Shown: in pieces, positions 9,840-18,462 of the stretch
Layout: every line of letters begins with the position of its first letter
Numbering within the stretch: position 1 is the stretch's first letter
Source of the DNA: Alphaproteobacteria bacterium
Lineage (GTDB): Bacteria; Pseudomonadota; Alphaproteobacteria; Bin95
NCBI GenBank assembly: GCA_964291285.2
Contig: OZ219785.1
Location: 192,001-256,000 of the forward strand
Direction of reading: 5' to 3'
DNA length: 64,000 nucleotides
Notes under the pieces: generated by a model
Databases searched by the model: none
The model's input: only the letters and a program-made list of their open reading frames with translations
What the model was told of the DNA's origin: nothing
Made by a program: the position numbers and the translations under genes

Positions 9840-9930
9840 TGCGTTTCTCCCGGCTCCGGTTGCAGCCGGGGAACGGGCCCTTGCGACCCGCTTGCCCGAC
9901 CGCTGCATTTCGGGAGAAAAAACGACGCTA

Positions 9931-9943
9931 TGTCAGATAGTTA
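9931..9943 (+). promoter_or_regulatory. IHF-like binding site at element end (copy 1)
   Basis: TGTCAGATAGTTA, one mismatch to WATCARNNNNTTR, with an upstream A-tract. Confidence 0.45.
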
Positions 9944-9948
9944 GCACC

Positions 9949-10479
9949 GGCAGGTGCGGCCGTGGTGTCGTGCGCCTGGCCAGGGCTGAGGTCATAGCGG
10001 ACCGGCAGGCCGCTCACGTCCGACACGGCGTGGATCTTCGTGGTCAGTCCGCCACGGGAACGGCCCATGCAACGATCCGGACCCCCTTTTTTGATCCCGC
10101 CGCATGCTGGTGAACCCGGACGCTCGAACTGTCGATCATCTGCACATTGCCGTCGTGAGCCTCCACCACCGCATCCATCAACTGATCCCAGATGCCCTTC
10201 TTGCGCCAGCGGTTGAACCGGTTGTAGCAGGTCGTACAAGGCCCGTAGTGCTCCGGCAGGTCTCGCCACGGCGCCCCCGCGCGAAGCACCCACAGAATGC
10301 CGTTCAACACCCGCCGGTCGTCAACCCGCGGCACCCCACGGGTCTTGTTCGGCAGCAACGGCTTGATAACCCGCCATTCGAAGTCCGTCAGATCGTACCG
10401 GCCCATGTCCTCGCTCCCTGAAGTTGGGAGCTTGAATCACAGCTTCGCTGAAGAAGAAACCCCTTATGGGTACACGACC
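9949..10479 (-). mobile_element. IS5-family (IS427-like, two-ORF) element remnant
   Basis: orfA 10406..10044 (YDLTDFEW..GAPWRDLP..IDSS); A_AAA_AAG slippery site ~10086-10092 into orfB (GRSRGGLTTKIH..GQAHD), which is cut off at the integrase element end; terminal GGTCGTGTACCCATAA next to TA. Confidence 0.8.
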
Positions 10480-10514
10480 TAATCTCCTGCGCTACGATAA
10501 AGGAACCGTCCACA

Positions 10515-11294
10515 ATGCCTAACGTGACGACAATTCCAGAAAATATAGAATATGTTCTTCTACACGGCTACGGTGCCAATGCGAGTTCCTGGGATTTAGT
10601 TGCCGATAGTATGAATGCAATTCACTCCACTCATGCTATTGAATTGGTTGGATTTGGTCGGAACGTTCCCCCGAAACACTTCGACTACTCTCTGGAGTCT
10701 CAAGCACAGCATCTGGCGCAATTATTCAGAAACAGGAGTAATTCCTACAGGCTAGTAGCTCACTCCCTCGGTGCAGCTATTGCTGTTATTGCGTTGCTGG
10801 ACTTCAAACTAGATCCGAAGGAGTTAATTTTGATTAGTCCGCTGTTAGTTCCCCAAGAGGCCCCGTTTTTTATTAGCATCCATTCTGTGCCCTTGCTGTC
10901 GAATATTGTCACGAACGCACTCCCACCATCTATCTTGGTCGACTCCGTACTAAAAAGAATCTATTTTGATCCCAAAAAGATAAATGCTGATATTCGGTCT
11001 GCCTATATCGGTGATTTCTCAAACACCTATCATCGACGCGCCCTGCGCGAGACAGCACGCACTCTCTATAGATTTGATGCTGAACCATACGTTAGCCGCT
11101 TCAACAATATTGAGACTCCGGTAACGATTATTTGGTCTCGAGAAGACCCACTTCTCCCATTCCGAAATGCCGCTACATTGCAATCCAAAATGCCCAATTC
11201 AAGATTGTTCCCGATAGACAATTGTGGCCATGCTCCACACGAGGAATGTCCTGGCAAATTTGTTGAGGCATTCTTGTCCTCAAGGGAAAAGTAA
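10515..11294 (+). CDS. Alpha/beta-fold hydrolase
   Basis: LLHGYG, AHSLG nucleophile elbow, EDP, GHAPHEE; AT-rich compared with the host. Confidence 0.9.
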   Translation: MPNVTTIPENIEYVLLHGYGANASSWDLVADSMNAIHSTHAIELVGFGRNVPPKHFDYSLESQAQHLAQLFRNRSNSYRLVAHSLGAAIAVIALLDFKLDPKELILISPLLVPQEAPFFISIHSVPLLSNIVTNALPPSILVDSVLKRIYFDPKKINADIRSAYIGDFSNTYHRRALRETARTLYRFDAEPYVSRFNNIETPVTIIWSREDPLLPFRNAATLQSKMPNSRLFPIDNCGHAPHEECPGKFVEAFLSSREK

Positions 11295-11298
11295 ATCA

Positions 11299-12144
11299 AT
11301 GCGGTCTATATTGATCAGCCCCCTTAGAATAGTGTGGCCAATCATTGTATCGTTTGGAGCTATTGCACTGTCTGTTGCTGGTTACGGTGGGCTTCTGCCA
11401 TTTGAGTTGCTGCCATCGGGATCGGAGGTGTCAATAAGTATTTCAATCATATCGGTCCCGGTGGTGATCTCAGAAAATCAAATTTATTTCGGACTAATGT
11501 TAGTGGGATTTATGTTATTGTTGAGTTTACCCTTTCGGAATTAGGCAAAATTGTTTCCATCTCATCTTGATTTGATGCTGGCATTCGATGAAGCAGGTAT
11601 AACAAGGCGGTTGACTGGACAGGGCCTTAATAAGAAGTTGGTATTCCCAATTCATTCAAATTGGACAGAAAGACGGAAACAGTTTCTTGATCAGATTGAC
11701 GATATAATCGCAGGCCAGCTCTCCGGAATTGTGCTATTTGGGACAGAGCCGGATAAAGTATCAGGTACAGGGAGAACCACTTTTTTTGTGGAAAAGGTGG
11801 GAGCGCTTCAAAAATATAGGATTTCATCATCAGACGGATATGTACTACTGAGAAAAGAAGCTGATATCGGAGAAATAGAAACCAAATTTCAGCTAATCAA
11901 TACCATTGATAGTGTATTTTCAATAAACCTTTCACAGATATATTTTTCTTGGAAATTTCATATACATCCTGTTTTTGAGCAATTCTATAGAGTTGATCCA
12001 AAAACGACAAGAAGCCTCTTCAACCTATCTACATCTACAGTTGTTCGTTTCTTTCCAGTAATCGATATTGGCGACACCATTTACTTGGTACAGGATGGAG
12101 AGAAATTTGTGCCAATCTGTTATGGTGTGTATTCCACAAGGTAG
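11299..12144 (+). pseudogene. Hypothetical membrane protein split by a single in-frame TAG (or two small adjacent genes)
   Basis: Hydrophobic ORF 11299-11544 and ORF 11551-12144 share a frame (..PFRN*AKLFPSH..); the second has only a TTG start and no clear RBS. Confidence 0.55.
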
Positions 12145-12339
12145 TCGCTTACCACGCAGTGCGTGGCCCGGAACGTTGAAGGGTGGCGATAGTTGTCAAC
12201 GAAATCGCGCTTGGCAAGTCGTTATGGCGCTGTGCGGCGCGAACCGGTGGAGAGCGCGGGATCGGAGGGGACGAGGGCGTAGCCGGGCGCGGCTGACGGG
12301 GGCCGGATCGGCCCTGTATGTCGCGCGGTCTGCCTGCTG

Positions 12340-13515
12340 TTATCGCCTCCTTGCCATGTCTGCCGGCTCTCCCGTCATCGCTCGCGCCATGGCCGCTCCG
12401 ACCCGCTCCGCAGCCGCCTGGATGTCGCTGTCTGCCAGATGAGCATAGCGCAGGGTCATCTGCACGCTGGAGTGCCCGAGCAGGCGGGAGACGACCGGCA
12501 CCGGTACCCCGTTCATCACGGCATGGCTCGCCATCGTGTGACGAAGGTCATGGAGGCGCACATCTTCAATGCAGGCTTCCTTGCGAACCCGATCCCAGAG
12601 CGGCAGGTGCGGACGGCGCGGGCGGGCCGGGTTGCGCGGCGAGGGAAACACGAATGCGCTCCTGCCGCGCGGCTGCCGGTCGAGGATGCGCCGCGCTCGG
12701 CTGCCGAGCGGAACCGTTCTCGGCCCGGTCTTGGAATCCGTGAGGGCCAGCCCGTCCTCGCGGACTTCCGACCAGCGCAGTCCCAGGATCTCGCCCCTGC
12801 GGCAGCCGGTCAGCAACAGCAGCCGGACGATGTCGGCCTGCTGCCGCGCGCCCTGCCGGGTCTGCGCGTCCAGGGCGGCATGGAGGCGTGCGAGTTCCTC
12901 CCGGGACAGGAACCGGGTGAGCTTCGGCCGCCGGTTTAACGCGATGCCGTCCGTGGAATTACGTTCGATATGGCCGCAGGCGACGGCGAAATTGAGAATC
13001 TGGCGCAGACGGGCCAGGCATTGATTGGCGTTGCCCGGCGCCGTGCGGCTGTATCGCTCGAACCAGCGCCGGATGGCGGCTTCCCCGATGCGGTCGAGCG
13101 GCTTCGATCCGAAGGCCGGCAGAAGCTGGCCCGCCAGTTGGGACCTGGCGACCCTCTGCGTCGAGGGCTTGTAGCCGTCGAAATGCGCCTCCTTCCACGG
13201 GCCCGCGAGGAAATCCCGCAACAGCGGGACCGGCCCCGTGCGCACGGTCTTTCCCACGGGCTCCGGGCTCGCCATGCGGGCATGGCATTCCCTGCGAACC
13301 TCTTCCAGGCCCTTCACCCCGACCGGGCCGAGCGAAACGCGCTTCGTGCGCCCGCCCATGTCCTGCAGCAGCACCCAGCTCTTTCCTCCGGAGGGCCGGA
13401 CGCGGACCCCGAGGCCGGCCGCGCGCGTGTCCCAAACCGTGTATTCCCGCTTGCGGGGGCGGAGCCGGGCGGCGGCGGCGTCGGTCAGTTTTTTCCGTTC
13501 CCTGCCCGCCATCAT
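12340..13515 (-). CDS. Tyrosine recombinase/integrase (downstream partner, copy 2)
   Basis: Homolog of 7525..8715; all catalytic motifs intact. Confidence 0.93.
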   Translation of the reverse strand: MMAGRERKKLTDAAAARLRPRKREYTVWDTRAAGLGVRVRPSGGKSWVLLQDMGGRTKRVSLGPVGVKGLEEVRRECHARMASPEPVGKTVRTGPVPLLRDFLAGPWKEAHFDGYKPSTQRVARSQLAGQLLPAFGSKPLDRIGEAAIRRWFERYSRTAPGNANQCLARLRQILNFAVACGHIERNSTDGIALNRRPKLTRFLSREELARLHAALDAQTRQGARQQADIVRLLLLTGCRRGEILGLRWSEVREDGLALTDSKTGPRTVPLGSRARRILDRQPRGRSAFVFPSPRNPARPRRPHLPLWDRVRKEACIEDVRLHDLRHTMASHAVMNGVPVPVVSRLLGHSSVQMTLRYAHLADSDIQAAAERVGAAMARAMTGEPADMARRR

Positions 13516-14636
13516 TTTCCCTCCAGCGCAGCGCCGATCGTCTCGGCGGCCTCATGCACCATGGAGTCGGCAAGGTGGATGTATTTCAGCGTCGTCTCCG
13601 GCTTGCGGTGGCCGAGCAGGCGGCCGATGGCGAGCACGGTTTCGCCTTGCCGGAGCGCCAGGCTGGCTACGGTATGGCGCAGGTCGTGAAGGTGAACGTC
13701 CTCCAGTTCCGCCTCGGCGCGGACCCCGGCCCAGAAATATTCCAGCCAGGTCGCGCTCCGCGGCCGGCTGGCCCCCGATACGGGGAATATCCACCGGTTC
13801 TTGCGCGCAAGGCCGTCGAGGACGGCGCGGGCCGGTTCGGAGAGCCACACGGTCCTGGGTCCCGTCTTGCTATCGCGGAGAAACAGGTGGCCTTCCCGGT
13901 AGTCCCGCCATTGCAGGGTGAGGATCTCGCTCTTGCGGCAGCCTGTGAGCAGCAGCAGGCGGATGACGGCGACCTGCTGCGGCCAGCGGGTCTCGTGCGC
14001 CCGGAGCCTCGCGGACAGGCGGCGGATCTCCTCGTCGGAGAGGAACCGCTCGCGGCCCTTGCGGCGGTAGCGCTTTATCCCCGGGCAGGGGTTGGAGCCC
14101 TCGGGGCGCATGCCCATCCGTTCCGCCTCCCTCATGATGACGGAGAGGATGGGCATGGACCTGTCGGCCGCCACCGGCGTCGCGCGCAGGCGGGCAAACC
14201 AGTTCCTCACCTCCTGCCGGTCGATGTCGGCAATCGGACGCCCCGCGAAATGCGGCAGGATGCGGCTGCGAAGATAGCTGCGGTTCACGCGGAGCGTTCC
14301 GGGCTTCCAGACTCCCTCGTGACGCCGGAACGCGGTCTTGGCGACGGCTTCGAAGAGTGTCTCGTCGGGCAAAGGCGGCGCCTCCTCGCCTCGCCTGATG
14401 GCGTTGAGCATGTCGCCCGCAACGGACCGCGCCTCGGCGACGCCCAGGCTCCCGGCGTCGCCGACGATCTTCCAGATGCGCTCGCCGCGATGCTGACAGT
14501 GGATGAAGAACTGCTTGCGCCCCGAAGGCGACATACGGACGCCGAAGCCCCTGAGCTCGCCGTCGCGGACCTCGCGGACGGACTTGCGGGGTTTGAGGGC
14601 CTTCACGCGCGCCTCGGTAAGGGTGGTTCCCGGCAT
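13512..14636 (-). CDS. Tyrosine recombinase/integrase (upstream partner, copy 2)
   Basis: Homolog of 8715..9839 with the same length (1125 nt); catalytic motifs intact. Confidence 0.93.
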   Translation of the reverse strand: MPGTTLTEARVKALKPRKSVREVRDGELRGFGVRMSPSGRKQFFIHCQHRGERIWKIVGDAGSLGVAEARSVAGDMLNAIRRGEEAPPLPDETLFEAVAKTAFRRHEGVWKPGTLRVNRSYLRSRILPHFAGRPIADIDRQEVRNWFARLRATPVAADRSMPILSVIMREAERMGMRPEGSNPCPGIKRYRRKGRERFLSDEEIRRLSARLRAHETRWPQQVAVIRLLLLTGCRKSEILTLQWRDYREGHLFLRDSKTGPRTVWLSEPARAVLDGLARKNRWIFPVSGASRPRSATWLEYFWAGVRAEAELEDVHLHDLRHTVASLALRQGETVLAIGRLLGHRKPETTLKYIHLADSMVHEAAETIGAALEGK

Positions 14637-14718
14637 AGAATTTCTCCCGGCTCCGGTTGCAGCCAGGGAACTGATATGCTTCCCTAGCTGCAAATTTTCG
14701 GGAGAAAAAACGACGCTA

Positions 14719-14731
14719 TATCAGATAGTTA
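14719..14731 (+). promoter_or_regulatory. IHF-like binding site at element end (copy 2)
   Basis: TATCAGATAGTTA is an exact match to WATCARNNNNTTR, with an upstream A6 tract. Confidence 0.55.
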
Positions 14732-14942
14732 GCACCCAAGGTGCGCCGCCGCGGTGTTCGTCGAAGCCGGCGCTCGCCGGGTCCCTGTCGGCGCTGTAAC
14801 TCACGGGCGCGAAATCGGGAAAGAAACCGACCCCGAGCACGCGCCCCTTTTCCGTGCAGGCGGCAGGGGCCTCCGCCGCTGCGAACAGCGCCGCGAGGCC
14901 GAACGCACCCGCAAGAAGCCGCCTGCCGGATCGCGCCGTCAT
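14721..14942 (-). pseudogene. Truncated amino-acid ABC substrate-binding protein (N-terminus only)
   Basis: Signal peptide, then VLGVGFFPDFAPVSY..FDEHRG (SBP family 3-like start), reading straight into the element end and stopping. Confidence 0.6.
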
Positions 14943-15103
14943 CGCAGAACCCGCCTTTCCCGCCGCTCCCCGTCTCCGGCGGCGCAACCGGTTTCTATTC
15001 CATCCGCGCCCGGCCTGCCACGGCCCTTTGCCGCCGCGGAGACCGTGAGCCTTTCTTTCGGGCTTTGATTTCCTTCGCTCCCCCGGATATGCCGACGCTC
15101 GTC

Positions 15104-16402
15104 ATGCTTCGCTTTTCCCTGCGAACCCTCGGCCTGTCGCTCGCACTCGCCTCGGCGGTCGCGGCGCCGGCGGGATCGATTGCCGAACGTAACCGGAATG
15201 AGGCGCAGTGGCTGCGTCTCGCCGTCGAACGGCTGTGCCCGCAGCCCACACTGTCCGGCCTCGACGCGCAGACCGCCCTGCCCGGCAGCTGGCTGCTGGA
15301 CGAGACCCGCCGGCCCGATGACGGGGTCCCCCGGCGAATCACCATCCGCCTGCTGCTGCCGGGGGCGGACGAACTCACCGTCGAGCGGCGGCAATTCGGC
15401 GGCAGGCTGCGCCAGTTCCTGGTTTCCTACGCTGCGCATGACGGGGAAGGCGCGCAGCCATCCGTTCAGGCCATCGCCGACGGAGGATGCGTAATCCGGT
15501 CCGGCCGGGCGATCCGGACGGAGGACGGAGGCTGGCGGTATCTCGACCAGTTCGAAGGCGATCTCCGGACGCTGAAATGGGCCGAGACCCTGCAGGCCCC
15601 GTGGCCCGAGGGAACGGACCCCGGTGGCGTCCGGGTCGCCCTCGTGGACTCGGGACTGGCCTACGACCTGCCGCTGTTCCGCGACCGGCTGGCCCGCGAC
15701 AGCGAGGGCATGCCGCTCGGCTACGACTTTTGGGACCTCGATCCCTGGCCCTATGACGGCGACACGTCGCGCGGTCCCTTCCTTCCGATCCGGCACGGCA
15801 CTGCGGTCGCATCCGTGCTCGCGCGCGAGGCGCCGGCAGCCGCGCTCATCCCGTTCCGCTATCCGCGCCCCGACATGACCCGCATGGCCGCGCTGGTCCG
15901 CCGCGCCGCCGATGCAGGCGCCCGCATCCTCGCCATGCCGCTCGGCAGCCGCAATCCGGGGGACTGGCGCGGGTTCGAGCGCGCGCTCGGCAGGCACGAC
16001 ATGCTGGCCGTCGTCTCGGCGGGGAATAACGGCCGCGATATCGACAGGGGGAGCCCGGTCTATCCGGCCGCGTCCACGCTTGAAAACATCCTCGTTGTCA
16101 CTTCGGCCGACGGCTTCGGGCGCCTCGCCCGGGGGTCGAACTGGGGCCGGGAGAGCGTGGATGTCATGCTGCCGGCGGAGAATGTCGGGATCGTCGATTT
16201 TCGCGGCGCTTCGGGGACCGCTTCCGGCTCCAGCTACGCGGTGCCGCGCCTTGCCGCCCTTGCGGCGAGGCTGCTGGCGCGGGAGCCGGGACTGACTGCG
16301 GCCCGGCTCAAGGCCCGCATCCTGGCCCGCGCGACGCCGTCTCCCTATGAGCGGGAGGGCGTCGTGGCCGCCGGCTGGATTCCCGACCCGCTTTCGGACT
16401 GA
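15104..16402 (+). CDS. Secreted subtilisin-like S8 peptidase with unknown N-terminal domain
   Basis: Signal peptide; VALVDSG, HGTAVA, SAGN, GSSYAVP. Start could be 15089. Confidence 0.8.
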   Translation: MLRFSLRTLGLSLALASAVAAPAGSIAERNRNEAQWLRLAVERLCPQPTLSGLDAQTALPGSWLLDETRRPDDGVPRRITIRLLLPGADELTVERRQFGGRLRQFLVSYAAHDGEGAQPSVQAIADGGCVIRSGRAIRTEDGGWRYLDQFEGDLRTLKWAETLQAPWPEGTDPGGVRVALVDSGLAYDLPLFRDRLARDSEGMPLGYDFWDLDPWPYDGDTSRGPFLPIRHGTAVASVLAREAPAAALIPFRYPRPDMTRMAALVRRAADAGARILAMPLGSRNPGDWRGFERALGRHDMLAVVSAGNNGRDIDRGSPVYPAASTLENILVVTSADGFGRLARGSNWGRESVDVMLPAENVGIVDFRGASGTASGSSYAVPRLAALAARLLAREPGLTAARLKARILARATPSPYEREGVVAAGWIPDPLSD

Positions 16403-16413
16403 CCCCCGCCCGG

Positions 16414-18462
16414 CTACCGGCGCTTCGGCGCGGGCGGGGCCGCGTCGATGAAGCGCCGGGCGGCCTCGGCCTGTCGGGGGTCGGCCTTCCTGAGCGCCCG
16501 GTAAGCTTCCTCCGCCAGCTCCGGGGCCTTGCCCCAGACGCCGGACTGTATGGCGAACCGCAGGGCCTGCGGGTCCTCGGGCGCCATGCCCATCAACCGG
16601 CGCGCATGGCCGGTCATCTCCTCGAAGCGCCCGCCGAGCTGCAGCGACACCAGCAGCGAAATCCTCGCATTGATCGAGTTCGGAACCTGCCGGGCCGCCT
16701 GGCCGTGGAGCGCAATGGCGCGGTCGAAATCGCCAGACCGCGCAAGCAGCCGGCCGGCTTCGAGCAACTGGCCGTGGTTCCTTGCTTTAGCGCAGGTCCC
16801 GGCCAGCCCGTCGCGGTCCGACTCGCTCGCCTCGCGGCCCCGGAATGCGTCGATTCCGGCCGCACAGGCCGAGAAGGCCGCTCCCAGCCAGCGCGTGACC
16901 TCGGCAGCCCTGGGGTCCTCACGCAAGGACAGGAGCGCGCGAACGCCCTCCAGCGGCATCGCCTCGAACCGCCCGTCGCCGCCGCCGACGGCAATCCCCG
17001 CCAATTCGCCGGCTGCGTCCACCAGTGCGCCGCCGCTGACGCCGGGCTGCATGCGCGCGCGAATGTGCAGCCGCCCAAGTTCCGCGCCCTCCCCAGGCCC
17101 CGCAATCAGCCCGCCGGGGTCGAAGACGCGCACCTCCTTCCGGGCGATATCGACGCCGACGGCGTAGAAGTCGCCATCGCCCGGGACTTCGCCCTCGAGG
17201 TCGGGGATGAACCCGTCCGAGGGCAGCCCCGGGACCTCCAGAAGCGCCAGATCGCCGGCATAGGCGGAGGGAACCACCCTCGCCTCCCTCGGCCCGCCGG
17301 GCGTGTGAACGACCGCATCCGGCCGGTCCGCCACGACATGGCGGTTGGTGACGAGCAGCGCGGGTCCGATCCGCGTTGCGCTTGCGGCCGGATCGAAGCC
17401 GGAGACCGGGAAGACCGCCTGCCGGACGAGGCAGACCGGCGCCGGATGGGGACAGTCCGCCAGCGCCTCCGGCTTATCCGGCGCCTCTTCTGCCTCCGGC
17501 GCGGCATCGAAGGAAAGCGGGACGACCCTCTGCCGGCCGTCGCGCAGCAATACGATGTCCACCGGCGCGCCGGGATCGCGTATGACCGCGAATGCCGCAA
17601 TCGCATCGCGCGGCGTGCGCACCCGGCGCTGGCCGATCTTCAGGATCGCGTCTCCGGGCTGGATGCCGGCCGCGTCTGCCGGACCGCCTTCGCTAACCGC
17701 GCCGACCATCGGCGCAGCGACGCTCGCCGGCCGGTCGTGCCCTGCCGCCGCTAGCCTCCAGCCGGGCGCGGGATATTCGACCCTGCCATCGGAGATCAGC
17801 GCCTCGACGACGCGCATGAGCAGGTCGGTCGAAACGGCGAAATTGACGCCGATATTCGTGTCGCCGTCGGAGGAGGCGAAGATCGCTGACATCATGCCCA
17901 CCAGGCGGCCCTGCCGGTCCACCAGCGCGCCGCCGGAACTGCCCGGATTGGCGGCCGCGTCGGTCTGGACGAAGTCCTCCACGGCGTTGAAGCCCGCGTC
18001 CGTCACATGCAGCGCAGAGACCACGCCGCATGTCACGGAGAGGCCGAGCCCGTAAGCATTGGCGATGGCGCATGCCGGCTCCGCCAGCTGCGGGGCGGGC
18101 GCGACCCCGATGGGCCGGAGCCTGGCATCGACGCGCAAGAGGGCGATGTCGCTCGCGGCGTCCTTCGCAACCAGTCTGGCCGGCAGAATGCGGCCGTCGG
18201 ACAGGCGCACATCGATCCGCCGGGCTGGCTCGACCGTATGCCACGCCGTCGCGACGAGGCCGGGCTTCAGGACCACGCCGCTGCCTTCGGGAGCGATGCC
18301 GGGGCGTGTGCCCGCGCCGCCCTGGGGCCGCCCCGGCCAGACCGGCAGCACCGAAACGACCGACTCCAGCGTCTCGGCAGGCAGCGCCTGCGCAGGGGGC
18401 GCCTGGACACCGGCCAGCAGGAGCAGCAGCGCGGTCGCCGGAAGGTATTTTCGACACGGCAT
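16414..18462 (-). CDS. Trypsin-like (HtrA) protease-PDZ-second trypsin domain-TPR-like protein
   Basis: Signal peptide; TAWH/DIALL/NPGSSGG; PDZ (GPADAAGIQPGDAIL); TNRH/DLALL/PGVSGG; helical C-terminus. Confidence 0.8.
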   Translation of the reverse strand: MPCRKYLPATALLLLLAGVQAPPAQALPAETLESVVSVLPVWPGRPQGGAGTRPGIAPEGSGVVLKPGLVATAWHTVEPARRIDVRLSDGRILPARLVAKDAASDIALLRVDARLRPIGVAPAPQLAEPACAIANAYGLGLSVTCGVVSALHVTDAGFNAVEDFVQTDAAANPGSSGGALVDRQGRLVGMMSAIFASSDGDTNIGVNFAVSTDLLMRVVEALISDGRVEYPAPGWRLAAAGHDRPASVAAPMVGAVSEGGPADAAGIQPGDAILKIGQRRVRTPRDAIAAFAVIRDPGAPVDIVLLRDGRQRVVPLSFDAAPEAEEAPDKPEALADCPHPAPVCLVRQAVFPVSGFDPAASATRIGPALLVTNRHVVADRPDAVVHTPGGPREARVVPSAYAGDLALLEVPGLPSDGFIPDLEGEVPGDGDFYAVGVDIARKEVRVFDPGGLIAGPGEGAELGRLHIRARMQPGVSGGALVDAAGELAGIAVGGGDGRFEAMPLEGVRALLSLREDPRAAEVTRWLGAAFSACAAGIDAFRGREASESDRDGLAGTCAKARNHGQLLEAGRLLARSGDFDRAIALHGQAARQVPNSINARISLLVSLQLGGRFEEMTGHARRLMGMAPEDPQALRFAIQSGVWGKAPELAEEAYRALRKADPRQAEAARRFIDAAPPAPKRR

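Larger units (their letters stand above)
7333..9948 (-). mobile_element. Tandem tyrosine-recombinase element, copy 1 (~2.6 kb; left end approximate)
   Basis: Two coupled integrase genes. The 41-bp right-end block 9908-9948 is 40/41 identical to 14696-14736; weak shared left motif TGCG(A)TGGCCCGRAAC. Confidence 0.65.
12159..14736 (-). mobile_element. Tandem tyrosine-recombinase element, copy 2 (~2.6 kb; left end approximate)
   Basis: Same two-gene layout and right-end block as copy 1; left end coincides with the AT-to-GC composition switch at ~12150. Confidence 0.65.

Noticed and set aside
4117-11544. Amber recoding or read-through suggested by two lone TAGs
   Set aside because: TAG terminates normal genes here (glmS, dctP, dctM, SDR); both cases lie in decaying mobile DNA.
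7525-14636. RIT element, integron or prophage
   Set aside because: The recombinases come as pairs, not trios; no IntI-specific insertion or attC sites recognised; no phage genes.
14730-14738. TAGCACCCA shared by the bridge-RNA target guide (56325-56333) and the twin-integrase end
   Set aside because: Tempting as IS110 targeting the other element, but a 9-mer match can arise by chance in 64 kb and the right-hand CTCCC is absent; revisit only if other copies insert there.
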